Virus record (IMG/VR): IMGVR_UViG_3300045988_152413
Source: a virus
Strand: one strand, 5' to 3'
Length of the DNA stretch: 35,161 nt
This document shows, in pieces, positions 23,808 to 31,708 of this stretch. Each line of letters opens with the position of its first letter. Position 1 is the first letter of the stretch. A program made the translations under genes and the position numbers. The notes beneath the pieces are model-generated. The model made no database searches, was not told the origin of the DNA, and saw only the letters and a program-made list of their open reading frames with translations.

Positions 23808-25060
23808 TGAGCGCCTTCCATCATCGCGATCGAATTGTCCGCAAGCGCCCTATCTACAAGTTTCGCCCTTTCGGCTTTGCGTATCTTGCTCTGCGCATAT
23901 GCCGTGCCGCTTTTCAGCATCACCGTCATTTGCTGGTTCTTGTCGAGGTGAACCTTTCCGTAAAGACCAAGCTCGCGCCTTGCCTTCTCGTATGTGTACT
24001 CGCGCCATTCGCGGCGGCTCAATATCTTCGGATGCCTGTTTATCAGAGATTGCAGCTCGCCGCGCTTGCATTTCAAACGGCGGTTAACGTCATCCGTATC
24101 GAGCTTCATGCTGTGAAGCACCTCGTGCTCGCGCTTTAGCTTTCGAATCTCGTTCTCGAGCTTCGCCTGCTCCGTGTGCAGCGCCGCCGATTGCTCAGCC
24201 GTGTATCCCGTCCCCTCAAGCGGGTCGGAGAAACGCCGCCCGATGTTGGGGTTGAAAACGCGGATACGGTGACCGCAGTTGTAGTCGTTGATCTGATCGC
24301 CAACGACCTCCTCGAAGCTCGGGAAGCCTGCGATGCTAGCGTCGGTGGAGTAAACGCGCCCCTCCCATCGGTGGTGCGTGTCACGCGGGTTAGCCGTCTT
24401 GCTTACCTCGACCAAACCAAACGAGCTATCAGCGGCATCGAGCGTTGCCTTGATCTTCGGCTCGCGCCCCTCTGCCGCAATCGCTCTCCTGATCCCCACG
24501 TCAACGGGAACATGAACGACCGTTCCGTCCTTGCGCGTGTAGGTCGAAGCCGTCAAGCCTTTACGCGCCATCTTCGCGATGCCTGCCGACAGCGCCCGTT
24601 CGTATCCCACGCCTGGATCATCGATGTTGCCCGTGGACGCAAACGCCGCTTCCGAAGCAATCTTTAGGTACTCCATGTAGGCGCTCTGCGCCATCTGCTG
24701 CGACATCTTGGCTGCGTACCGCTGGACGCTTGCAATCGGCTTCCTTGCCCTCTGCTGCGCCCTCTTCGCGGCAAAGCTTGCAGCCTTCGGTGTGGACTTC
24801 CCAGCGTCCTCAACGTCTGCAATCCAGTTGCGTATGAAGCTCCCTCGGAAGTCGTGCTCGATGGCTTCGTTAACGGATTCTCGGTTCGCCCCCGCTATCT
24901 GCTGCAACTTCGCGAGAAGCGCCCTCCCGCTCTTCCTGATAGCCTTGTGCGCTATCGGAGCGGAAACGAGGGCAGAAGCGGCTGCAATGAGCATCGCAAG
25001 CTCCATATCGCTTAGAGCGTCCTCCGATTCGGCGCTAGCGTCCTTCTCCTCGTCAAGCAT
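23804..25060 (-). CDS. Minor head protein, SPP1 gp7 / Mu F family
   Basis: Follows the portal gene. RWEGRVYS...NDYNCGHRI resembles the MuF core. Coiled-coil C-terminus. Confidence 0.8.
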   Translation of the reverse strand: MLDEEKDASAESEDALSDMELAMLIAAASALVSAPIAHKAIRKSGRALLAKLQQIAGANRESVNEAIEHDFRGSFIRNWIADVEDAGKSTPKAASFAAKRAQQRARKPIASVQRYAAKMSQQMAQSAYMEYLKIASEAAFASTGNIDDPGVGYERALSAGIAKMARKGLTASTYTRKDGTVVHVPVDVGIRRAIAAEGREPKIKATLDAADSSFGLVEVSKTANPRDTHHRWEGRVYSTDASIAGFPSFEEVVGDQINDYNCGHRIRVFNPNIGRRFSDPLEGTGYTAEQSAALHTEQAKLENEIRKLKREHEVLHSMKLDTDDVNRRLKCKRGELQSLINRHPKILSRREWREYTYEKARRELGLYGKVHLDKNQQMTVMLKSGTAYAQSKIRKAERAKLVDRALADNSIAMMEGAQ

Positions 25061-26472
25061 TACTGCTCACCGAAGCTTGCGTAATCGTCCTCTGCGATAG
25101 CGCCAGGAACGTTAGCCTTCGCTTCCTCCTCGCTCTCGCCGTACCACTTCCTGCGGTACTCCCAAGGGTTCAGCGTTACGTTAAGCTCGCTCTGATCCTG
25201 CGCCTTCTCAGCCTGCGTATCGACAATCACCGAATCGTCCCAGTTGACCGTAATAGTGCCAGGATCGCCCAGACCAGCGCCGAGGAACCTCGTTGCGCAA
25301 TGGCACAATGCGCGGCAGATGTCGGCGATTGCTCCCTGCATCAAACGCTCGTGGCTGCGGATGGAGCGCATCAGGTCGGCGTTGTCGGAAACGACTTCCT
25401 GAGCGGTTTTCATGCCGCCTGCCGCATCGATGTCGAAATACTTCTTTCCGAACCCGCAGTCATCGCCAAGCTTCTGTATCGCCAGGCGGTATGCGCTGAC
25501 CTGCTGCTCGGTTCGCATCTGAGGTGCAAACGGCACGATAGGCTGACCATCGCCAACGCCGTTGACCCTGCGGTATACAGTGTTGTCGTTCTTGCCGAAC
25601 GGGATAGCCTGGCGGTTTCCGTCTTTGTCCTGCACATCGATGAGCATGTCATCGATGAAGATGCGGAGCTTGGCAAGATCGACCTCGTTGAAGATCGCAT
25701 CGAAGCAAAGGTCAACCGCTTGAACCTCATCGATCGAATCCGCGAAAACGCTCTGCCCGTAAGGCGTGACGTCCACGAACGTATTGGAGATAGCAGGCTT
25801 CACAAGCGCAAAGGTCGGCGTTTCGCATCCGGTGGCGAGGTCATCGACCACACCGTCAACGGATACGCGCTTCTTGGTCTTTCGGTCGAACAGAACCGTC
25901 TTGATGTGGTAGCCGTCAGGCTCTGATACGTGCAGCTGCACCTGATCGAGCACCTTGCCGCCGATTGCAACGCGGCTCGTGAACGCGCATTCCGTAACGC
26001 CGTCATCGTCCCACGTGAGCGGCAGAACCTGCTTAGCCTTGTATCGGCGAACCTGCATCTTCTGCGCCGTAAGATCGAGCCACAGCGCCCACGCGCCAGT
26101 GCCGAGGGCGAAAGCATCCTGCACAAGCTGCTTGCCGTTCCCGAAGAAGTTGATCCCCTCAAGGTAATCGGCGAGCCATGCGTTGCAGGCTTCGTCCTCG
26201 CATGAGACGGTGATGGGGTCGCTGAACATAAGCGCCGCCCATTCCTTGCATACACGCTTCGCAGGCTTGCAGGATCGGCGGTGAATCTTGAGCGTATGCC
26301 CCATGCCGTCCTTGTCGTGGTAGTCGTAAAACTCTCCACGGGATGCGTAGCAGTCCCGCCATTGCTCTATAAGGTCGGTCATAACGCCATCGCACAGCTC
26401 GTACCCTAGGCTTGTAAGGTACTTCCGAACATGCAACGGAACCGTGTAGTCTACTTCTTCGCTTGTTGCCAC
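25060..26472 (-). CDS. Portal protein (SPP1 gp6-like)
   Basis: 470 aa, immediately after terL, acidic C-terminus. Size and position are typical. Confidence 0.85.
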   Translation of the reverse strand: MATSEEVDYTVPLHVRKYLTSLGYELCDGVMTDLIEQWRDCYASRGEFYDYHDKDGMGHTLKIHRRSCKPAKRVCKEWAALMFSDPITVSCEDEACNAWLADYLEGINFFGNGKQLVQDAFALGTGAWALWLDLTAQKMQVRRYKAKQVLPLTWDDDGVTECAFTSRVAIGGKVLDQVQLHVSEPDGYHIKTVLFDRKTKKRVSVDGVVDDLATGCETPTFALVKPAISNTFVDVTPYGQSVFADSIDEVQAVDLCFDAIFNEVDLAKLRIFIDDMLIDVQDKDGNRQAIPFGKNDNTVYRRVNGVGDGQPIVPFAPQMRTEQQVSAYRLAIQKLGDDCGFGKKYFDIDAAGGMKTAQEVVSDNADLMRSIRSHERLMQGAIADICRALCHCATRFLGAGLGDPGTITVNWDDSVIVDTQAEKAQDQSELNVTLNPWEYRRKWYGESEEEAKANVPGAIAEDDYASFGEQ

Positions 26473-27762
26473 CTATGCGCTCCTCAGAACATCGCTCATC
26501 ATCATGTAACGGACGGCATCTATGCTGTGGTCGTTGCCGTCTGGAATCTCGTCAATCCATTCCCCCGCCTTGTTGCGCTCGAACTCCTTCAATCGGAACT
26601 CCTCGAAGGCGTTGGGGCATCTAACGGGGTCGATCTCGATGGAACGCAAGCCTGCGAGCCACATGTAGCTTATGCGCCGCATGTTTCCCTTCCTCGCTGG
26701 CTTCGCGTTGATCCCGAAGGTTCGGCGGTAATCCGCCATCTGCTGCTTGCCGTCTGCCGTGTCATCGCACCACACAACGTCCTTGTGCGTGTAGGCGGTG
26801 CCGCCCTTGTAGTCGGGGTAAGTCAACGATCGCCTTACGATCTCGCCCGTTTCCTTCGGAAGCTTCTTGTTCGCCGAATGCTCCTCGAACAGGATCAGCT
26901 TGCGCTCTCGCGGAACCCACTCGCCGCGAATGAAGCGCCACGGGTCGGGGAACCAACCCCAGTCAACGCCGTTCCTTACGCGCTCGAACCCTGCAACCTC
27001 CGAATCGCCGATCCTGCGCTCAACGATGTTGTCGAACACCGAGCCGCCCGTTCCCGTGATCTCGCCCATCAGCTCCCATGCGTATGCGGTGGGGTCGGTT
27101 TGCTTAAGCCACTCGGCATCCTCGATGAAAGGCTCTCCAAGCCAATCGGCGTGACCGCCCTCCACAACGTCTAGGTACGTGCTGTGGTGCACCAGGCAGC
27201 CAGGCTTGCGCTGCATCTCAAGGCATTGGCGGTTTACCCAGCTCCAAAGCGTCTTAGGCGGGTTGTAAGAATAGAAAGTCCAGAACACCGAGCCGCCGCG
27301 CTTGAAAGACTTCAACGCGCTTCTCACGGCTTCCCAGCCTTCGAACTGGTCAAGCTCCTCGAACCACTGGATAGCGCAGTAGCCTTTAACGAACTTCACG
27401 CCCTTCATCTTCAATGGATCGTCCATCCCTCGGAAAACGATCTTCTGCCCAGTTGGCACGTAAACGATCTCCATCGGAGAAACCCTCGCACGGAAGAAGC
27501 TCGACAAACCCAGGATGTCGATCGCCCATATGATCTGCGCGTAAACGGAATCGCGAAGCGTGTTCCCGAAGCGCCGAACGACAACGGCGTTCGCCCACGG
27601 GAACGCAACGATCAGGCAGACGATAAGAAGGCTGATGACGCTCGATTTCAGCGAAGCTCGACCGCCCATCAGCCAAAACTCGCCGTGGTCGTGGTTCAAC
27701 GCGCTCTCAACAACGCCGTAAAACTTGCTGATCGTCAGGTCGGCTAGGTTGATGCTCCTCAT
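26473..27762 (-). CDS. terL: Terminase large subunit (PBSX/Terminase_3-like)
   Basis: Walker A-like MGGRASLKS, an FEELDQF Walker B-like motif, and a C-terminal nuclease D..D pattern. Confidence 0.9.
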   Translation of the reverse strand: MRSINLADLTISKFYGVVESALNHDHGEFWLMGGRASLKSSVISLLIVCLIVAFPWANAVVVRRFGNTLRDSVYAQIIWAIDILGLSSFFRARVSPMEIVYVPTGQKIVFRGMDDPLKMKGVKFVKGYCAIQWFEELDQFEGWEAVRSALKSFKRGGSVFWTFYSYNPPKTLWSWVNRQCLEMQRKPGCLVHHSTYLDVVEGGHADWLGEPFIEDAEWLKQTDPTAYAWELMGEITGTGGSVFDNIVERRIGDSEVAGFERVRNGVDWGWFPDPWRFIRGEWVPRERKLILFEEHSANKKLPKETGEIVRRSLTYPDYKGGTAYTHKDVVWCDDTADGKQQMADYRRTFGINAKPARKGNMRRISYMWLAGLRSIEIDPVRCPNAFEEFRLKEFERNKAGEWIDEIPDGNDHSIDAVRYMMMSDVLRSA

Positions 27763-28136
27763 CCCTTGCCGCCCTTCTTCGGGTTGAACACGATGCGCGG
27801 AACCTCTTCGGAATCGCCCGAATCATCGATGACCCTGGTTACTCGCCCGTACTCGTTGGGATACTTCCTTTCGAGCAGCCACGCCGCCGCTTTCCAGTCC
27901 CTTTCCTGCGCGTCCCTCATGATGATCTGCGTCAGCTTGTCCTTGAAATCGACCTCGACCTTTTTGACGGCTTCGGAAAATTCGCGCTGATTGGCAGTCT
28001 GCGGATGATGGAGCCACGTGCTAAGCGTCTGAGGGCATACGCCGCAGGCAAGGGCGATGTCCTTGTCCAAAGCGCCGTGCTTCTTGAGCTTCACGGCGAT
28101 CCTTATTACGTCCTTTGTGCATTTCTCTTTAGCCAT
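27759..28136 (-). CDS. terS: Terminase small subunit
   Basis: HTH (LDKDIALACGVCPQTLSTWL). ATGA-coupled to terL. ATG at 28136 is preferred over TTG at 28163. Confidence 0.75.
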   Translation of the reverse strand: MAKEKCTKDVIRIAVKLKKHGALDKDIALACGVCPQTLSTWLHHPQTANQREFSEAVKKVEVDFKDKLTQIIMRDAQERDWKAAAWLLERKYPNEYGRVTRVIDDSGDSEEVPRIVFNPKKGGKG

Positions 28137-28161
28137 GCCGCTAATTCTGCTGGCGTGTCGC

Positions 28162-28191
28162 AAAGCAAAAGAAACCCCGCCGAAGCGGGGT
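28162..28191 (-). terminator. Rho-independent terminator directly upstream of terS
   Basis: On the - strand: ACCCCGC-UUCG-GCGGGGU followed by UUCUUUUGCUUUG. Confidence 0.75.
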
Positions 28192-28234
28192 CTGAATGGT
28201 GGTATTCTAGCGAAGTCTCTTGGTCATTGTGAGA

Positions 28235-28266
28235 CAAAAAGAAAGGGAGCCGATAGCGCGGCTCCC
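28235..28266 (-). terminator. Rho-independent terminator after the 47-aa ORF
   Basis: GGGAGCCG-loop-CGGCTCCC stem, followed on the - strand by TTTCTTTTTG. Confidence 0.7.
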
Positions 28267-28276
28267 TTTCTCATGC

Positions 28277-28420
28277 TTAGGCTTTCTCGCTTGGGCGAAT
28301 CCCGATTATCCTTGCAAGCTTCTTCAAGGCTTCCTCGTAGCTTTTGCCGCTTGCAATTTCCTCGTCAACAAGCCGTTGCATTTCGTCTTTGGTCATTGTG
28401 TTGTATTCTCCTTCACTCAT
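28277..28420 (-). CDS. 47-aa ORF with its own promoter and terminator
   Basis: Translation: MSEGEYNTMTKDEMQRLVDEEIASGKSYEEALKKLARIIGIRPSEKA. AAAGGA RBS 8 nt upstream. Below the track cutoff. Confidence 0.5.
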   Translation of the reverse strand: MSEGEYNTMTKDEMQRLVDEEIASGKSYEEALKKLARIIGIRPSEKA

Positions 28421-28443
28421 GGGAAAGTTCCTTTCTCTTTCCC

Positions 28444-28470
28444 GTTGATATAATTATAACATATATCAAC
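28444..28470 (-). promoter_or_regulatory. Extended -10 promoter bracketed by a 9-bp inverted repeat (operator-like)
   Basis: On the - strand: GTTGATATA-TGTTATAAT-TATATCAAC. The TGnTATAAT element lies at 28461-28453. Confidence 0.55.
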
Positions 28471-28489
28471 GGTATATGCGTTAGAATTA

Positions 28490-28675
28490 TTATTCTTTTT
28501 CTATTTCTCTTCTTATAAGATTCTTGATCACTGTCGAAGCAGGTATATCTTGCGCCTTAAGCCAATTGTAAAGTTCGATCTCGTTAGGCGAGAATTTAAG
28601 GTTGACCTGCTTTGTCTTTTCCCTCTGGTACTTCGCGCTCGCCCTTTTCTGAGCTTCGGTTGCAGTCATTGCCAT
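28490..28675 (-). CDS. Ribbon-helix-helix (Arc/CopG-like) DNA-binding protein
   Basis: KQVNLKFSPNEIELYNWLKAQ..ASTVIKNLIRREIE fits a beta-alpha-alpha pattern. Start is ATG 28675 (alternatives 28669 and 28681). Confidence 0.65.
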   Translation of the reverse strand: MAMTATEAQKRASAKYQREKTKQVNLKFSPNEIELYNWLKAQDIPASTVIKNLIRREIEKE

Positions 28676-28705
28676 CCACACCCCTAAGCGTTTCTTAAAC
28701 AGTTC

Positions 28706-28722
28706 ATGATCATATTATAACA
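28706..28722 (-). promoter_or_regulatory. Extended -10 promoter of the RHH gene
   Basis: On the - strand: TGTTATAAT (28722-28714), then the ATGATCAT palindrome (28713-28706). Shares the 14-mer ATATATGTTATAAT with the promoter at 28453-28466. Confidence 0.55.
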
Positions 28723-28745
28723 TATATATAGGTTTATAATATGCA

Positions 28746-28778
28746 ATAAAAAACAAGCCACGCATTACCGTGGCTTGT
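28746..28778 (-). terminator. Rho-independent terminator after the radical SAM gene
   Basis: ACAAGCCACG-loop-CGTGGCTTGT (10-bp stem), followed on the - strand by TTTTTTATT. Confidence 0.8.
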
Positions 28779-28781
28779 GCA

Positions 28782-29767
28782 TCAGCTGAACATCTTTGCT
28801 GAATCTTTCATCATTTCGTAAAAGCTCTTCTGCTTTATAAGATCATAGATTCCAGCACTTTGGCTTATCGAACTGAAGCAATTGGCTGTGCCTTTGTCGC
28901 GCATCTTGCCTGTAGCGACAGCACCAGAGCCGTTCTTTACGCTGACGCAATTGAACGGATTGCCCTCGAACCCAGGGATGTCACCGCATCCACAGCAAGC
29001 CGTTGAATCTCCAAGACTCCTAAGCCTGTTCTCAGCACACCAGAACGCAAGACCAAGCTCGCGGCAATGTGATCTGATCTCAAGATAGTCGCGCTTTAGC
29101 GTATCGCCTGGGTACGCCCAGTCGCCGCCTAAGCGAACAGTGCCAGGCTTCTTCTTCTTGAACTTCATGCCCTCGATCGTTATTCCATGTATCCCAGCCT
29201 TCTTCATGTCAGGAAGCGCCTTTATAAGCGTCTGCTTGCATTGCGGAAGATACGGCTGCACACGTGCTATAACGCGCTTTACATTAGGTGAAACCTTAGA
29301 AGCAATCTCTATGCGCTCTTTGAAAGTGGGCGCTCCTTTCTCAAGCTTGTCAAGAAGCGGACTTGTCATGCTTATCTGCACTACTGCATTGCACCTGGAA
29401 AGAAGGGATAGATATGGCTCCTCGGCTACAAGCCTTCCCTTTGTGCTCACAATGAACGGATATTGCGTCTCGCTCAGAACCTTTAGAACCTCAAGGGTGC
29501 ATCTGTGCCTTTCCTCCTCCGGTTGGAAAGGATCGGACAACCCCCCCAATGAAGCGGAATGTCCCAATCGCACCAGTTTGTTTCGAGCGTCCTTTTCCCA
29601 GACACGAAACGCTTAACCTGCTCAACGCAATGAAGCGGTTTAACCGCTGCTATGTCGCGCTTGTTCCTTGCGAAGCAGTAACGGCAATCGTGAGAGCAGC
29701 CTTCGTATGTGTCTAGCCTTATCGGGTACTCGCATAGGACAACCTGGCTTCCGCAGTTTACCCCCAT
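28782..29767 (-). pseudogene. Radical SAM enzyme (SplB/COG1533-like) interrupted by a frame change at a G7 (C7 on +) tract
   Basis: The N-terminal ORF carries CSHDCRYC and ends ...IPLHWGG. The -1 frame continues GGLSDPFQPEEERH. The tract is at 29541-29547. The span is 986 nt, not a multiple of 3. Confidence 0.75.
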
Positions 29768-30253
29768 TGCTCAGCCGCCTTAACGATGATTGAAGCTGCC
29801 TGATCCTTCCCAGCGTCATCAATGAAAGCCTTTACAACATCTTTCTTCTCAGACGGAAAAGTCAATGTGATGTTGAACGAGTTCTTCTCCAACTCGTCCT
29901 TGAACGAGACAAGATCGTCATCAAGCAGATCCTGAATCGCATCGAAACCGCCATCAAAACCAAAATCCTCGAAATCGAAATCAAGCTCGTCAAGATCGAA
30001 GCTCAGCGTGTCCAAGTCCCAGCCAGTGTTCATCGTCGGCTGGTTGTGAACGTGCGTGTACGCCCTGCGCTGGTCGCTTGTGAGGTGATCGAGGTGACAA
30101 CGGGCAGAACGTCAAGACGTTGAAGTCGAGCTCCTCGATGCTCTTAACGATCTGGCTGATCTGCTCGTTAGTGTGAACCTTAGCGTTTCTCGCGTAAGGC
30201 ACAAGCTCATCGGTCGGAACCTCCTCGACCGTCAATTCCGGTTGCTGTCTCAA
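29758..30253 (-). pseudogene. ParB N-terminal-domain-like gene, frame-disrupted and lacking the central core
   Basis: TTG start at 30253 with an AAAGGAG RBS. LVPYARNAKVHTNEQISQIVKSIEEL is in one frame; LDHLTSDQRRAYTHVHNQPTMNTGWDLDTLSFDL is in another. The GxxR segment is not found. The span is 496 nt. Confidence 0.55.
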
Positions 30254-30302
30254 TGCAGCTCCTTTCTCTCAGCTTCAGATGATCGGCGCTTGTATCAGGG
30301 CG

Positions 30303-30346
30303 CAGAAAAAGAACAACCCCCTGCCGACAGAAATAGCAGGGGGTTG
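30303..30346 (-). terminator. Rho-independent terminator after the Lar-like gene
   Basis: CAACCCCCTGC-loop-GCAGGGGGTTG (11-bp stem), followed on the - strand by TTCTTTTTCTG. Confidence 0.75.
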
Positions 30347-30429
30347 CCGAAAGGACACAGCGGTTAGAAAGGCGTGACGTGAAAGAACCCGCTGCAACGC
30401 TTATGTTCCGCCAGTGTCGCAATCCGCGA

Positions 30430-30762
30430 TCATGCGTCAACAGCCTTCATGATCCGCTCAACGAAGCAGTCTGCATGATCGATCTCTCCGTGGCTGTCGT
30501 AGACCACGAAGAATTTGTTCTCAAGCTCATCGGCAATCTTCAAAAGCTCGTCCCGATCGATCACCCGCTTATTCCAGGCTGCAATCGCCGATTCGTTCGC
30601 CATCTCGGCGGTTTTTGTCTCCATGCCCTGTGACACAACCTGCGCACAGCAGCTACGGCAATTAACAGACGCAACGAACCACGTCTCGCTTATCTGGCTC
30701 GCTTCGTGAAACTCAGGCTCGCTCCCGCAGAACGGGCATGGCTTAAGCTCGATCTCGCTCAT
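30430..30762 (-). CDS. lar: Lar-family restriction alleviation-like protein with a C-terminal extension
   Basis: LKPCPFCGSEPEF...AIAAWNKR matches the Lar-family pattern. ATG at 30762 follows GAAGGAG. Confidence 0.65.
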   Translation of the reverse strand: MSEIELKPCPFCGSEPEFHEASQISETWFVASVNCRSCCAQVVSQGMETKTAEMANESAIAAWNKRVIDRDELLKIADELENKFFVVYDSHGEIDHADCFVERIMKAVDA

Positions 30763-30939
30763 TCTCTCTGCTCCTTCTCGCACTCGCCGAACCATTCGCG
30801 GAAGCTATTCGCGCAGTCGTTGCAGAGGTGTATATTCTTTCTCAGCTTGTAAATCCCCCTCGTCGGATTGCGCAAGAAGAAATCCCTAGCCGTTCGCGAG
30901 ACGTACTCCCCCGCACCTGTCGCACTTGTAAACCCTCAT
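30759..30939 (-). pseudogene. Mini zinc-ribbon gene apparently split by a 1-nt change in a G5 run
   Basis: MRVYKCDRCG(G) is in one frame. EYVSRTARDFFLRNPTRGIYKLRKNIHLCNDCANSFREWFGECEKEQRE is in the +1 frame and ends in an ATGA overlap with lar. The span is 181 nt. Confidence 0.4.
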
Positions 30940-31554
30940 TCGCCCACCATCCTCTCGCCACATTCGGGGCAATAACGCGGTTCGCAATCGCACGGGATGT
31001 CCAGATCCCAGAATCCGCCGCCGCTCTGGTGGTACTCGACCACGCACCCGACAAAGCCGCACGATGGGCAAACAAAGGCATCGGCTGTGTTCATGTTCGA
31101 CAGGCGGGCATCGTCCACGAGCTCGTGCGAGAAGTCGGTCATGGCGTGCTGGTGCCACCTCTGGTAGCATTTCGGTGCCCCGCACGTGGGGCAGAATCCA
31201 GATGGCCCAGTCATCGTCGGTCACCACCCTCGCTCCGCATTTTGAGCAGTAGTTGAACTCGCCGATTATGCGGTAGCCTTCGCAATCCTCGACAATGTTC
31301 CCGCACTCTGAGCATTTGAAGCCGTTCTCGCAACTGCCCTCCTCGGTTTCGTCGTAGACGTTTCGACAGGTCTGGCGGTCTATCAGGTCGGCGAGCAGAT
31401 GGAATATGTCTCCCTTGCCGACAACCGCGCGGATTGCTCTGAGCGCCATTGCATTGTGCTCCTGCTTGGTGCACATGAGCGGCATTCCTTCGATGCGCTC
31501 GTCAAGGCTGCGCAGCTTTCGCGCTACATCGCGGCGCCCTTCGTTGCTAACCAC
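30886..31554 (-). CDS. Zinc-ribbon protein; only the first roughly 114 codons look coding, the rest is an Arg-rich read-through
   Basis: GTG at 31554 follows GGAGGAGG. Reads ...LADLIDRQTCRNV..FKCSECG..NYCSKCGARVV. One extra G after AGGG would give a stop in an ATGA overlap with the 92-aa ORF at 31211. Confidence 0.45.
   Translation of the reverse strand: MVSNEGRRDVARKLRSLDERIEGMPLMCTKQEHNAMALRAIRAVVGKGDIFHLLADLIDRQTCRNVYDETEEGSCENGFKCSECGNIVEDCEGYRIIGEFNYCSKCGARVVTDDDWAIWILPHVRGTEMLPEVAPARHDRLLARARGRCPPVEHEHSRCLCLPIVRLCRVRGRVPPERRRILGSGHPVRLRTALLPRMWREDGGRMRVYKCDRCGGVRLANG
30936..31214 (-). CDS. Multi-CxxC zinc-ribbon protein (92 aa)
   Basis: CPTCG...CPSCG...CDC...CPECG. Its composition looks protein-like, unlike the overlapping frame. 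Confidence 0.55.
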   Translation of the reverse strand: MTGPSGFCPTCGAPKCYQRWHQHAMTDFSHELVDDARLSNMNTADAFVCPSCGFVGCVVEYHQSGGGFWDLDIPCDCEPRYCPECGERMVGE

Positions 31555-31708
31555 GTGCAGCCACCTCCTCCATGCGGCGAACAAGGTCGCTGTGCATTGC
31601 ATACTCTGCCGGGCACGATTCATCGCCATAGTCAAGGTCGAACTCTTCGCAGTAATCGTATTCGTCCATCAGAGCATCTTCTGCGATCTTCTCGAAGCTA
31701 TCGCTCAT
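31547..31708 (-). CDS. Small acidic protein (53 aa)
   Basis: ATG at 31708 follows AAGGAG. Translation: MSDSFEKIAEDALMDEYDYCEEFDLDYGDESCPAEY... Confidence 0.55.
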   Translation of the reverse strand: MSDSFEKIAEDALMDEYDYCEEFDLDYGDESCPAEYAMHSDLVRRMEEVAARG

